A DNA stretch of 64,000 nucleotides from Candidatus Omnitrophota bacterium. Lineage in GTDB: Bacteria > Omnitrophota > Gorgyraeia > B26-G9. The notes beneath the pieces were generated by a model, which saw nothing but the letters and a program-made list of their open reading frames with translations, was not told the DNA's origin and ran no database searches. Below, piece by piece: positions 8,531-18,620 of the stretch; the stretch's first letter is position 1, and every line of letters starts with the position of its first letter. Position numbers and translations under genes: made by a program. Where the stretch lies: assembly GCA_043806135.1 (NCBI GenBank), contig JAZDHG010000034.1:6283-70282 (forward strand), read 5' to 3'.

Positions 8531-9884
8531 CTATCCCCTTTATTTTCTTAAGCTGCTTGATATTGATACCCTTTAATGAATTGATATTATCAAGCGCCCT
8601 GAGCAGGATCTGCCTTCTAACCTTGCCTATGCCGGGTATCTGGTCAAGTTCAGACATGAGCATCTGCTTTTTGCGCAAATTGCGGTGATAGCTCAAGGCA
8701 AAGCGATGTGCTTCGTCCCGGATAGCCGCAATAAGTCTTAAAGCCTTGGAATTAAGCGGCAAAGCTACGGGCTTGTTCTGCCACTGGACATAAATATGCT
8801 CGAATTTTTTGGCAATACTGATTATCGGAATATTAATTTTCAAACTATTAAGCTGCTCTAAGGCGCATTTTAGATGCCCTTTGCCGCCGTCGATAAGAAT
8901 CAGCTCGGGCAGATCAAGTGCAACCGAAATATCACCGGTAAAACGCCTTTTCAGTACTTCCTGCATCATGGCATAATCATCAATCCCTTTTACAGAATTA
9001 ATTTTAAACCTGCGGTAATCCTTTTTGTAAATTCGGCCTTGCTTAAAACGCACCATAGAGCCTACGGCCTCAGAGCCTGATATATTGGAGATATCATAGC
9101 CTTCGATATAAACAGGGCGCCTTTTTAATCTAAGGACTTTCTGCAGTTCCTCGACCTGGTCCGCAACGGCAAAGCGCTTGTAACCAATCGGCACAGAACT
9201 TAAGCTTTCGATCTTATCGCGCAGCTCAAGCGCAGCTTCGAAATTATGAGTTAAAGACGCGGACTTCATTTCATCAGAAAGCTTTTTTATCAGATCTGTT
9301 TTTTTGCCCCTCAAGAACAATAAAAGATTATTAACGTTTTGTTCATACCCCTCTTTACTTACCAGCCCCTGGCAGGGCCCCGGGCAGATCTTGAGATGAT
9401 AATTAAGGCATACAGACTTAGGCATCACATTACAAACTCTGAGCGGAAATATCCTGCGCATGAAATTCAGCGCCTGGCGCAATAGTTTTCCTGATGTGTA
9501 AGGCCCGAAATATTGCGCCCTGTCCTTTTTCCGGCGCCTTACAATACGCAAACGGGCAAATTTTTCGTCTGTGCCGAGGCGCAAAAGCGGATAGGCCTTG
9601 TCGTCCTTTATGTCTATATTAAACTTCGGCTTGTTTTCCTTGATAAGCCCAGCTTCTAAGATCAGCGCTTCGGCTTCGGTTGAAGTGGTAATAAATTCTA
9701 TATCAGCGATCCCACTTACCAGCAGTTTCAGCCTTTGCCCCTTGGCTGAGGAACCGAAATAAGAACTCACACGTTTTTTGAGTGATATCGCCTTGCCGAT
9801 ATAAATAATGGCCCCGTCCTTATCCAGCATTAGATAAACACCGGAGCCATCAGGCATTGCTTTTACTTTATCGCTTAAATTCAT
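8484..9884 (-). CDS. uvrC: Excinuclease ABC subunit C (compact form)
   Basis: 466 aa. N-terminal GIY-YIG (GVYLMLDKDGAIIYIGKA), a UVR-domain-like FEAALELRDKIESL, an endonuclease core and C-terminal HhH (IPGIGKVRRQILL..GIDERTAKNI). Confidence 0.75.
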   Translation of the reverse strand: MNLSDKVKAMPDGSGVYLMLDKDGAIIYIGKAISLKKRVSSYFGSSAKGQRLKLLVSGIADIEFITTSTEAEALILEAGLIKENKPKFNIDIKDDKAYPLLRLGTDEKFARLRIVRRRKKDRAQYFGPYTSGKLLRQALNFMRRIFPLRVCNVMPKSVCLNYHLKICPGPCQGLVSKEGYEQNVNNLLLFLRGKKTDLIKKLSDEMKSASLTHNFEAALELRDKIESLSSVPIGYKRFAVADQVEELQKVLRLKRRPVYIEGYDISNISGSEAVGSMVRFKQGRIYKKDYRRFKINSVKGIDDYAMMQEVLKRRFTGDISVALDLPELILIDGGKGHLKCALEQLNSLKINIPIISIAKKFEHIYVQWQNKPVALPLNSKALRLIAAIRDEAHRFALSYHRNLRKKQMLMSELDQIPGIGKVRRQILLRALDNINSLKGINIKQLKKIKGIDERTAKNIIEHWNKY

Positions 9885-11422
9885 GATTTGAATTTCAGAT
9901 TAATACCGTTAAATATTTTGAAATACCAGCCCAGCAGGAAATAGACGGCTATTCCGCCGGTTATAGAGATCAAAAGGCTCAATCCAATTTTAAAAAAAGA
10001 ACTGCTGAAGGAATAGGCCCAGAGGCAAAACACCCCCATGAGTGCTGAGATCAATAAAGTTTTCAGCGTATTGACAATAAGAGATATCAGGCCGAGATTG
10101 CCGATTTTTTTGCGCAGCAGAAATATCAAGATAAAGAAATTGGCTGTGGATGAAATAGATGTAGCCAGGGCCAGCCCCCCCACCTGAAGTACATGCATGA
10201 GCAAAAAGTTAAAAACACAGTTGATAATCAGGCATAGGAAAGTTATTTTTACCGGCGTAACCGTATCCTTTAATGCAAAAAAACAGGAAGTTATCACCCT
10301 TGCACCGCTATAGGCAAAAAGCCCCACACAGTAAAACGCCATGGCAAAGGAAGTCATCTGCGTGGACAATGCATCAAATTCACCTCGTTCAAACAAGAGC
10401 CGGATTATCGGCTCAGAAAGGACAAAAAGTCCGACACTTGAAGGAATAAGTAATACCAGCAGGGAGCGCAAAGACACCTCGATCGTTTTCTTCATTGCGT
10501 TCATGTCATTGGCTATGGCCTGCTGCGATAAAGTCGGCAGGCAGGCAGTAGCCAGGGCGGTGCCGAATAAGGCCGTAGGCAGCTGGATAAGCCTGTTTGC
10601 ATAATACAATGCCGCTATAGCGCCTTCACCGACGATCTGACCTAAGCTGGCAAACATGGTGTCTATAAAAATATTAAGCTGGTATATGCTTGATCCGAGC
10701 ATCCTCGGCAAAAGCAATCTGCCTATTCTTTTGATCGCCAGATGGCGAAAGTCAAATTCAAAGCGAAACTTAAACCCCTTTTTAATCAGCACAGGGATTT
10801 GAACAATAAGCTGCAAAACACCGCCGACAAGCACAGAGATAGAAAGTCCGATTATCGGATCCTGAAAATACTTACACAAATAAATCCCGAAAACTATCAT
10901 CGTGATATTTAAAAATACTGATGCCGCAGCAGGAGCGGCAAAATGCTTTAAGGTGTTTAGAATTCCCATTAAATACGCAGACAGGCCGACAAGGAAAATA
11001 AAGGAAAACATAATTCTGCTTAAGCGGATCGTCAAATCAAGCTTTGCCGGGTCATTCATAAATCCAAAAGCAATTATCCTTACTATAAGCGGCGACAAAA
11101 GCGTACCCAGCAAGGAAACCGCCGCCAGGATAATCACCACCGTGCTCAGTAAAAGATTGGCAACCCGCCAGAATTCCTTATTGTCTTTGTTATCAAGATA
11201 TTCACTTAAAACAGGTATAACTGCCGCATTGGCCGCCCCTTCTCCTATTAAGTCCCTAAGGGCATTCGGGATACGAAAAGCGACAACAAAGGCCTGTGCT
11301 GCTGCGCCTGTGCCGAACATCCTGGCGATAACCATATCCCTCGCAAAGCCTAAAATACGGCTAAGCAGGGTAAAAAAACTGACCACACCGGCTGATTTAA
11401 ATAATTTTTTATGCTCTGACAT
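9881..11422 (-). CDS. murJ: Lipid II flippase MurJ
   Basis: 513 aa with about 14 TM helices. Canonical MurJ N-terminus SFFTLLSRILGFARDMVIARMFGTGAAAQAFVVAFRIPN. Confidence 0.85.
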   Translation of the reverse strand: MSEHKKLFKSAGVVSFFTLLSRILGFARDMVIARMFGTGAAAQAFVVAFRIPNALRDLIGEGAANAAVIPVLSEYLDNKDNKEFWRVANLLLSTVVIILAAVSLLGTLLSPLIVRIIAFGFMNDPAKLDLTIRLSRIMFSFIFLVGLSAYLMGILNTLKHFAAPAAASVFLNITMIVFGIYLCKYFQDPIIGLSISVLVGGVLQLIVQIPVLIKKGFKFRFEFDFRHLAIKRIGRLLLPRMLGSSIYQLNIFIDTMFASLGQIVGEGAIAALYYANRLIQLPTALFGTALATACLPTLSQQAIANDMNAMKKTIEVSLRSLLVLLIPSSVGLFVLSEPIIRLLFERGEFDALSTQMTSFAMAFYCVGLFAYSGARVITSCFFALKDTVTPVKITFLCLIINCVFNFLLMHVLQVGGLALATSISSTANFFILIFLLRKKIGNLGLISLIVNTLKTLLISALMGVFCLWAYSFSSSFFKIGLSLLISITGGIAVYFLLGWYFKIFNGINLKFKS

Positions 11423-11587
11423 CTTTCCTCTCTACTGTCTTGTTCTGGAATAGTTGACACTTTTAAACACAGATAATTTAATTAACCGCCCGCTTCGCTT
11501 GATAAACGCTGATTAACACCGATCGTTATGCTATTTCCGGATAGCACAACCAATACGCAATACTCGATACAGGTTTTTCAAAATCTC

Positions 11588-11616
11588 TTGACATCCTCTG
11601 TGAGGTGTGTTATATT
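11588..11616 (+). promoter_or_regulatory. Sigma70-type promoter for rpsT
   Basis: TTGACA (11588-11593), a 17-nt spacer, then TATATT (11611-11616). An SD-like AAAGGAG lies at 11634-11640 and the ATG at 11649. The promoter sits in the divergent murJ/rpsT intergenic region. Confidence 0.55.
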
Positions 11617-11648
11617 TTTACGAAATTCTTATGAAAGGAGAAATTTTT

Positions 11649-11927
11649 ATGCCATCAAAGAAATCGGCTATTAAAGCCTTAAAACAATCTAAACAGAAAC
11701 AAGAACACAACACATCATTGAGAAAAGCATTCAAAATTGAACAGAAGAAAATTATTGCTTTATTAGAATCCAAAGACACCAGCAAGCTTAAAGCAGAGCT
11801 CAGCGGTTTTGTTTCTAAGATCGATAAAGCTGTTACTCAGAAATTAATGCATAAGAACAAAGCAGCCAGGAAAAAAGCACAATTATTAAAGAAAATTCAT
11901 CAGCTTAGTTCCGCAACGTCTTCCTGA
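11649..11927 (+). CDS. rpsT: 30S ribosomal protein S20
   Basis: MPSKKSAIKALKQSKQK... is the typical S20 N-terminus. 92 aa, K/A-rich and helical. The start was chosen at the ATG preceded by a GGAG RBS, not at the longer track ORF beginning 11607. Confidence 0.85.
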   Translation: MPSKKSAIKALKQSKQKQEHNTSLRKAFKIEQKKIIALLESKDTSKLKAELSGFVSKIDKAVTQKLMHKNKAARKKAQLLKKIHQLSSATSS

Positions 11928-11948
11928 TCATTGCGTTTCAAAAATCAA

Positions 11949-12950
11949 TCATTTATTAGTGCACAGCTGCACAATAAGTGTTTCTAAGGTTAAACCGGGG
12001 CTTTTCAGCCCCTGTTTTATTGCCACATCAGAAGACAATAACAGTTCAAAACCCCGTTTGATCTCCTCTAGGCTAAAAAAGGCTGCCTGTTTATGGATAA
12101 TATTAAAAACATATGGCGTCATGTTAAGTGCTTTGGCCATTGCGTCTTTACTATATCCGCTCTCTGCCAGCTCCTTGACGCTCTCTAAGCGCTTCATCTG
12201 CCAGTTGATCAGCCCGATAAGGTCTGTTGCATGCTTTCCGTTTCTTGAGAGTTCACTTGCCATTTCAAGTGCAATACCGGTCTGTTTGGTCATCAGGGCA
12301 TTTAAAAAAGTAAAACGCGTATCCTGTCTGGTCTTTTTGATCAAAGACTCTATATCCATCTCGGAAATCATTAAACTATCCCCGGCATAAAGAAAAAGCT
12401 TATTAAGAGCATTAACGATTACATCAAGCTCATTTCCTACTTTTTCAACCAGCAGAGCAATACCCTCATGCGAGATTTTTTTACCCTTGGTTTTGGCATA
12501 TTCGCTTATCCATTTATTAAGCGCAGGGCCGTTTAACTGCGAGAAAACTACTTCCGTGGCATACGGAACGATTTTTTTAATGAACTTATCGCTTGATTTT
12601 TTGGCTGTTTCCATGATAAAAACCGTTTTCAATGCCGGTTTTTTCAAAAATGCAGTAAGTTTTTTTTCATAGCCGGAATATTTTTCAACATCTTTTAAAA
12701 TTACAAGCCGCCTTTCCCCCAGGAATGGATTGGTTCTTATGGTATCAAGCACCTCATCTATGGGAACATCTTCCGCGTAAAATACATTACAGTTAAAATC
12801 TGCCGATCCTTCGCCGACAACTGCATCCTTCATCAGCTCCTCCACCTGCCTTTTTAGAAACAGCTCCTCCTGGCTGAACAGATAAAGAACATCGATTTTT
12901 TTGGCTTGAATATTCTTGAGGATATCCCAGTATGTTAAGGACTTTACCAT
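11949..12950 (-). CDS. holA: DNA polymerase III delta subunit
   Basis: 333 aa. The N-terminal pattern (ILKNIQAKKIDVLYLFSQEELFLKRQ...) is typical of HolA, and the gene lies in the conserved lptE-holA arrangement. Confidence 0.8.
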   Translation of the reverse strand: MVKSLTYWDILKNIQAKKIDVLYLFSQEELFLKRQVEELMKDAVVGEGSADFNCNVFYAEDVPIDEVLDTIRTNPFLGERRLVILKDVEKYSGYEKKLTAFLKKPALKTVFIMETAKKSSDKFIKKIVPYATEVVFSQLNGPALNKWISEYAKTKGKKISHEGIALLVEKVGNELDVIVNALNKLFLYAGDSLMISEMDIESLIKKTRQDTRFTFLNALMTKQTGIALEMASELSRNGKHATDLIGLINWQMKRLESVKELAESGYSKDAMAKALNMTPYVFNIIHKQAAFFSLEEIKRGFELLLSSDVAIKQGLKSPGLTLETLIVQLCTNK

Positions 12951-13462
12951 AATGTGATGATTTTGTTTAGCATTAGACGAGAAAGATTATCAAGTGCCTC
13001 AGCGCGGGCATTTGATTCGGACTTGGCATTAGCCCCGCTTAAATAATAAGAAGCATTACCTGAAAAATTATCTGCTTTGACGATCGGTTTTCCTGAAGAC
13101 AGATCAATAAACTCAAAATTAACCGTTATGTTCAGCCTGTATTCCTGCACAGACGCATCAGAGGCATAACGCATTGCCTGACGGGTATAAGCAACGATCT
13201 GACCTTTAATCTGAGCATCTGCCTGATCATTGGAAGCGATTGTCAGATTGCCGTCATTCTGAAAAACTGCTACAAGTTTTGTCTTTAATTCATTCTCCAG
13301 GTTCGGCTCTTCAGTATTATTTTTAAGTGTTTGGATATAAACGCTTTTGATAGAGCTGGGTAGATTATACGCTTTTGCCGTATAGCCGCAGCCGCTTAAA
13401 AAGAGGAATAAACATATAAGGATATTAAATGCGTTATTTTTTTTCACTAAGATTTCCGCCAA
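12944..13462 (-). CDS. lptE: LPS-assembly lipoprotein LptE-like
   Basis: 172 aa. Lipobox LSGCGY. Immediately upstream of holA, overlapping it by 7 nt, as in the classical leuS-lptE-holA synteny. Confidence 0.6.
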   Translation of the reverse strand: MAEILVKKNNAFNILICLFLFLSGCGYTAKAYNLPSSIKSVYIQTLKNNTEEPNLENELKTKLVAVFQNDGNLTIASNDQADAQIKGQIVAYTRQAMRYASDASVQEYRLNITVNFEFIDLSSGKPIVKADNFSGNASYYLSGANAKSESNARAEALDNLSRLMLNKIITLW

Positions 13463-13509
13463 ATATTCAATCCACCCCTAATCCGGGCAGGATTTAAGGA
13501 TCAAGAGTT

Positions 13510-14442
13510 TTAGATAGACCTTAAACGCTTAAGTCTGGGGTTAACCTTTTTCGCCCAGGAAGTTTTGTCAAAGCTGTAAACTATTTGCTCGTAATACTTG
13601 ACCGCCGCTACATTTTTCTTCTGCTTTTCATAAAAATAAGCAATATTGAACATTCTTTCTGCCTTTTTATTATTCAATTTATTAAGCAGACTCTCTGCCT
13701 GAGCAGCATAAATGCTTGTTTTAAACCTCCGCAAGAAATATTCCAGATCCTCTATGGCCTTATCAATCAGAGAAACATCATAATCCTTGACTGCCGAAGA
13801 CATCTTATAAGAACAGAACCCGACTTGATAAGTAGCATCATCAACATAAGGACTGAAGGAATAATTCTCGATCAGATACTCAAATTCATCACTGGCTTCC
13901 TTATACTTGCCCATTCTCAGTTCACACAAACCGCCGTTATACTGCACCACATCTGAAACCTTGGTGTAAGGAGCGTTGGTAAGCACCTGGTCATATATTT
14001 TCTTTGCCAGATTGTAGTTTTTTCTGTTAAAGAACCTCTCCCCTATCAGGTACTGTTTTTCGACAATTTCCTCCAAACGTTCGTTTAATGGGTAGTTATC
14101 GATTACTTTTTGGTATGTTGTAAAAGCCTTATACGGATTTTTGCGTTTTTCATAGCATAGCGCAACATGAAACTCTGCTTCAGCCGCATAGCTTGACTTA
14201 GGAAATTTTTTCAAAAGCCTGCGCATTTGGTAAATTGTATTGCGGTAATCTTCATTCTGAAAAAACACCATAGCCCAATCAAACTGCTCTTTAGGGCTAT
14301 TAATGATCCTGTAATTAGGATTAAGCCATTTACCGGTTTTTGGGGACCAGGTCCAGAATGCATAGCAATGAACGGGCAGCAGGATCAAAATAGCAACAAT
14401 AAAACTGGTTATCTTCTTCATTTTATTCAGTCTACCTTTCAT
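13510..14442 (-). CDS. BamD-like TPR lipoprotein (outer-membrane assembly factor)
   Basis: TPR repeats plus a signal peptide MKKITSFIVAILILLPVHC. The start is uncertain: the track ORF extends to 14529, and internal ATGs at 14442 and 14421 are more plausible. Confidence 0.5.
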   Translation of the reverse strand: MKGRLNKMKKITSFIVAILILLPVHCYAFWTWSPKTGKWLNPNYRIINSPKEQFDWAMVFFQNEDYRNTIYQMRRLLKKFPKSSYAAEAEFHVALCYEKRKNPYKAFTTYQKVIDNYPLNERLEEIVEKQYLIGERFFNRKNYNLAKKIYDQVLTNAPYTKVSDVVQYNGGLCELRMGKYKEASDEFEYLIENYSFSPYVDDATYQVGFCSYKMSSAVKDYDVSLIDKAIEDLEYFLRRFKTSIYAAQAESLLNKLNNKKAERMFNIAYFYEKQKKNVAAVKYYEQIVYSFDKTSWAKKVNPRLKRLRSI

Positions 14443-14571
14443 TTTTGTGGATATAACTATAACATATGAAAATATTAATGTCAATTCTCCTGATTCTATT
14501 GGGGAATTAGCCAAAAAGAGGAAAAACATTACTTATTCAACTGCTATGAAACACAGATTTCATAAGCAAGT

Positions 14572-14940
14572 TTAAGCGTTGCTGCAGGTTATTATTTCCT
14601 TCAAATGCACACGGCTTTCAATATTCATCTCAGAAAACTCAATGCCGATCTTATACTTCTCCTGGTACGGAACCTGCTCTACCCATACTACCCTGCCTAG
14701 AGTAATTATCGGCTCTGTATCATTAGAGGGAAAGATCTCAAGAATCATTTTAGAATTCACGGGGTAAAAATAAAACGACGAAAGCTGTATACCGCTTTCG
14801 CTGCAATCATGGGTCATTGAATTGTGAATTATCCCCGCGTGTTCTTGAAGCATTTGTCTAAGCTGTACAGGAAAGTCCGCGTTTTTCCTAAAAAATTCTC
14901 TGCGTTCTTTAACTGCTCCTTGGACAGTCATAACTATCAC
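14572..14940 (-). CDS. Stand-alone PilZ domain protein (c-di-GMP receptor-like)
   Basis: 122 aa with RREFFR (RxxxR) and DCSESG (DxSxxG) at canonical spacing. Confidence 0.7.
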   Translation of the reverse strand: MIVMTVQGAVKERREFFRKNADFPVQLRQMLQEHAGIIHNSMTHDCSESGIQLSSFYFYPVNSKMILEIFPSNDTEPIITLGRVVWVEQVPYQEKYKIGIEFSEMNIESRVHLKEIITCSNA

Positions 14941-15105
14941 TCCTTATCCTTAAAAAGTAATTATATTTACTGTCTCTTGTGTATTATTTTATGCCTCTTA
15001 ATAAATTGTGTCAAGGGATAAAATTATTCTAAATCCCGCAAGGCTGACCGTCTAAATGCTTTTATTGTTTGAAAAATTTCTCCTTTAATATATAATAGCC
15101 AGTAT

Positions 15106-18100
15106 ATGAAAAAATCAGCGGCCTTTTTTTTTCTGTCTACGTTCTTCCTCATCATCGGCATAGTGCTTGCCGGAGGGTATTTTCTTTTTGAACTTGTGCT
15201 CATGCCAAAATTTATAATCCCAACGATCTGCCGCGAAGCTGAAGTCCGGCTTGGACAAAAGCTTACCATTGCAAATATAGACATCAACCGCAAAGGCACA
15301 GTCCTCATAGATAAACCTGTGCTTTATGCCCGGAATTCTAAGGAAATTATGCTTGAATGCACTCAGATCAAAATAGTCCCCGGATACAAAAGAATTTTTG
15401 ATTCCTGGAAGATTAACGGCAATAATCCGAAAATCCCCATGAATATATACTTAAAAGAAATAAAACTAAGCCAGGCTCCGCTTATAGTTTCAGGTGATAT
15501 TGTTTCTGATTTTACTCTCACGCTGGACTTCAAAGATCAAAATAATATTGACTGGGGCGGCAATATAACACTTAAAGCAATTAAAATTAGTGGGGTGCCG
15601 GCTGTAGGCGACATTACTAATATAAACGGAAACATCGTGCTTTCCAAAAACTCTTTAGTAAGCCATGACATTCAGGGCAAAGTTAACAATGAGACGGCAA
15701 AACTGGAGGTTTTAATCAATGATTTTAAAAATCCGGAGCTTCTCCTGCAAGGTGAGCTCTCCCCTCTTAAATTCAATCTGGATTGTGTGCTGTCCGGAGA
15801 AGATTTAAACATCAATGAAATAAAAGCCAGTTATAATCAGCTTCAGCTGCGCGTCTCAGGCCAGATCATGGATCTCAAAAATAAGGCCGATGCCCGCATC
15901 ACAGCTGACCTCAGCCTGGAACTGGAGGAGCTTAAGAATTTACCGCTGGACATAAAAGATATTTTAAATAGCACAAACCCCCGCGGGTTAATCCAAGCCA
16001 ACATAACCGTTAACGGTCCGCTGAAGGACATCTCGCTGCTTGAAGGAAGTGTTGCTATTGCCTGCCCAAAGATTTTCGTGCTGAATTATGAAGTTGATAG
16101 CATTAAAATAGCCGCGCAATTGCAAAACGGCAAAGCAACCATAAACACCCTGGAAGCCATGTTTTTAGGAAGCACTATCTCTGCTGAAGCAGACATGAAT
16201 ATAATGCCCGGCAACCTGCCTTATAATGCAAGCGTGAAGATCCTGGACGCAAAAACAGCACTAATTCAAGAGAATTTCATGCCTGATCTAAAACAAGCGA
16301 TCAGCGGCACCCTTAGCGCCAATATTCACGCTCAAGGAAATGTTTTGGATTTAAACAGGATTAATGTACAGGCAGATGCCCTTCTAAGCGATCTGATATT
16401 TGACAAATTTGCGTTTACAGAGCCTATCGAAGCAAATATTGATCTTATTTTAAAGAACCGAAAAGATATTATAGTCAAAAAACTCACACTTAGTGACAGC
16501 ATTATATCCCTTATTGTTGACGGTAGCATTACGGATATTAATCATCCTAAGGGAAACCTTGCCGGTAATCTATCTGCTGATATTAATAAACTCAATTCTT
16601 ATGGATTCCTCAATTTACCCGGAACTCTCACATTAAGCGGAAAACCCAGTCTTGACATTAAAGTCTCTGGTGATCTGCTGAAATTTCAGGACCTGAATCT
16701 GCCATTTAAACTGCACTCCCCAACACTCGGAATAAACCAGTTCAATCTGGATGAACTTGACATCGAGGGGCAATTCAAACAGATGAAATTAGACGTTTCA
16801 ACTCTCACCATGAAACTTTATGAGGGACAATTATCGGCAAAGGCTAAACTTGACCTGGCTGATATGCAAAAACCGGTTTTTAATTTCAATGCTAATTTAA
16901 GCAATGTTGATCTGGGGGCAGTTGCCAAAGGCACAAAACTCATTCCTGAAGGGTTTCAGGGAAGATTTTCGACAGAAATGCTCGTAAGCGGCAGCGGAAT
17001 GGATCCCGAGGGATTAAATGCTGTTATCAAAGGCAGCATAAATCTCGAAAATGCAAAGATGAACGATATTGCACTTGAAAAAGTACAGGCTAACCTGGAT
17101 GTGCAATATGCAAATACTGATATTGAACTCAAAGAACTGAACATACTCTATAAAAATATCGAAGCAGCGGCTCATGGAAAGATCGAATCAGTATTGAAAA
17201 ACCCCAAAATTAATGTCAGTGCAAGATCAAACATTGACCTTGAAGATTTAAACAAACTTCCCTTTGATTTCAAAAAAACTCTTGATGAGTTGGACCTGAA
17301 GGGCATTGTAGATGCTAAGCTGCAGGCATCCGGCCCACTCGCTCAATGGCAGCAGATGGATATTAACGCTAATATCAAATCTAAGGAGATGTCGGTAAAA
17401 AAAATAAAACTGCGCGATGCGGATATCTCCGGTAATCTAAGCAGCAGAATTTTAAACTTGAGCGCATATTCACTCAGCTATGACGGAACTCTGGAATTAA
17501 AAGCAGTTGCTGAGTTTTTGAGCGATAATTTTAAATACAAAGGTACTGCCAAAATTGACAAAGTAAACATAGGCAGCCTTATTGAAGAATCAAAAATTAT
17601 TGCGCAGCCCCACAAAGGTATTTTTTCACTGGGAGCAGACTTCAGCGGTCTGGGTACAGATTTAAATACAATTGAGTCCAGTGTCAATGTCCAGCTTGAA
17701 CAGGCACAGATAACCGGACTAGAATTAATGCACACGATAGGACAGCTGCTCAACCTTAGCTTTTTAAGCAGCTTTGAAGTGACCGAAGCAAAAGGAACAT
17801 TTGGCGTGAAAAACAGTAATATCCATACAGAAGATACCACCCTTATCGGGCCTGAAGCCAGCATCATGGCCAAAGGTGATATTAATTTTAATCAAAGTAT
17901 TAATCTTGCAGTAAAACTACTCCTAACTCCGGAATCTGCTCAGCAGACCAGTTCTCAAGTACTTGATAAATTCTTTACTTTAGAAAACGAGCAGTATTTT
18001 ACCGAGCTTGATGTAAAAGGGACACTAACAGTTCCAAAGCCAGACCTAAGTAAGTTTATGAGGGAAAGGATCGGCTCTCAGGTAAAAAATGAGATCAATA

Positions 18101-18138
18101 AGCAGATATTCAAAGCCTTGGACGGATTATTAAGGTAA
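15106..18138 (+). CDS. AsmA/TamB-family large envelope protein
   Basis: 1010 aa. A single N-terminal TM anchor (FFFLSTFFLIIGIVLAGGYFLF) is followed by a long beta-rich repetitive periplasmic region (..L.L.G.I...G..). A possible -10 TATAAT lies at 15091-15096. Confidence 0.45.
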   Translation: MKKSAAFFFLSTFFLIIGIVLAGGYFLFELVLMPKFIIPTICREAEVRLGQKLTIANIDINRKGTVLIDKPVLYARNSKEIMLECTQIKIVPGYKRIFDSWKINGNNPKIPMNIYLKEIKLSQAPLIVSGDIVSDFTLTLDFKDQNNIDWGGNITLKAIKISGVPAVGDITNINGNIVLSKNSLVSHDIQGKVNNETAKLEVLINDFKNPELLLQGELSPLKFNLDCVLSGEDLNINEIKASYNQLQLRVSGQIMDLKNKADARITADLSLELEELKNLPLDIKDILNSTNPRGLIQANITVNGPLKDISLLEGSVAIACPKIFVLNYEVDSIKIAAQLQNGKATINTLEAMFLGSTISAEADMNIMPGNLPYNASVKILDAKTALIQENFMPDLKQAISGTLSANIHAQGNVLDLNRINVQADALLSDLIFDKFAFTEPIEANIDLILKNRKDIIVKKLTLSDSIISLIVDGSITDINHPKGNLAGNLSADINKLNSYGFLNLPGTLTLSGKPSLDIKVSGDLLKFQDLNLPFKLHSPTLGINQFNLDELDIEGQFKQMKLDVSTLTMKLYEGQLSAKAKLDLADMQKPVFNFNANLSNVDLGAVAKGTKLIPEGFQGRFSTEMLVSGSGMDPEGLNAVIKGSINLENAKMNDIALEKVQANLDVQYANTDIELKELNILYKNIEAAAHGKIESVLKNPKINVSARSNIDLEDLNKLPFDFKKTLDELDLKGIVDAKLQASGPLAQWQQMDINANIKSKEMSVKKIKLRDADISGNLSSRILNLSAYSLSYDGTLELKAVAEFLSDNFKYKGTAKIDKVNIGSLIEESKIIAQPHKGIFSLGADFSGLGTDLNTIESSVNVQLEQAQITGLELMHTIGQLLNLSFLSSFEVTEAKGTFGVKNSNIHTEDTTLIGPEASIMAKGDINFNQSINLAVKLLLTPESAQQTSSQVLDKFFTLENEQYFTELDVKGTLTVPKPDLSKFMRERIGSQVKNEINKQIFKALDGLLR

Positions 18139-18161
18139 AATATCTCGATAAGAAAAGCCTG

Positions 18162-18491
18162 TTATATCACCGATTCATAAGAGGCACTTTGGACTTTCTC
18201 ACCTTGGAAAGAAATTATAATCGCTACAAAGTTATTGGAAAAGTCCGGATAGTAGATCCACGTTTCTTTAGTAACGCCTTCAGCAGTTTTATCAAAAACC
18301 TGCGCAGGCATACCCATCATCTCAATTATTTCCTGGCGGGTCTTGCCAATATAATCCTTATCGTCCAACTCAAACTTCATGCTTACATAGGATTTTTGCT
18401 TTTCCGTGGAAGCGTAGCGGCTAACAAATTTAGGGCTACAACCACTTGCAAAAACCATCAAACATAAGGCGAAAAGACCATATCTCTTCAT
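18162..18491 (-). CDS. Small lipoprotein, hypothetical
   Basis: Start MKRYGLFALCLMVFASGCSPKF (lipobox). The track ORF runs on to 18560 into the REP palindrome, which is unlikely to be coding. Confidence 0.35.
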   Translation of the reverse strand: MKRYGLFALCLMVFASGCSPKFVSRYASTEKQKSYVSMKFELDDKDYIGKTRQEIIEMMGMPAQVFDKTAEGVTKETWIYYPDFSNNFVAIIISFQGEKVQSASYESVI

Positions 18492-18530
18492 CAGCTCTAA
18501 ATTACCACAACCCTCCCCACTTGTCAATAA

Positions 18531-18602
18531 ATACTCACCCATACTCACCCTTACTCCCACCCCGGGGGTGGGAGTAAGGGTCCAGGGGTGAGAGTAAGGG
18601 TG
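18531..18602. repeat. REP-like nested palindrome (3' flank of the RAYT)
   Basis: A perfect 16-bp inverted repeat, cccttactcccacccc / ggggtgggagtaaggg (18548-18580), is nested inside outer arms cacccttactc / gagtaagggtg, with duplicated atactcaccc and gagtaaggg units. Confidence 0.6.
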
Positions 18603-18620
18603 AAAATCAATGGCTTTTCC

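Noticed and set aside
10902-11453. 183-aa plus-strand ORF
   Set aside because: Antisense to murJ. A/R/K-rich translation is typical of the reverse frame of a hydrophobic membrane protein gene.
11930-11950. gtgca-cagc-tgcac hairpin between convergent rpsT and holA
   Set aside because: 5-bp stem overlapping the holA stop region with no U-tract. Not a convincing bidirectional terminator.
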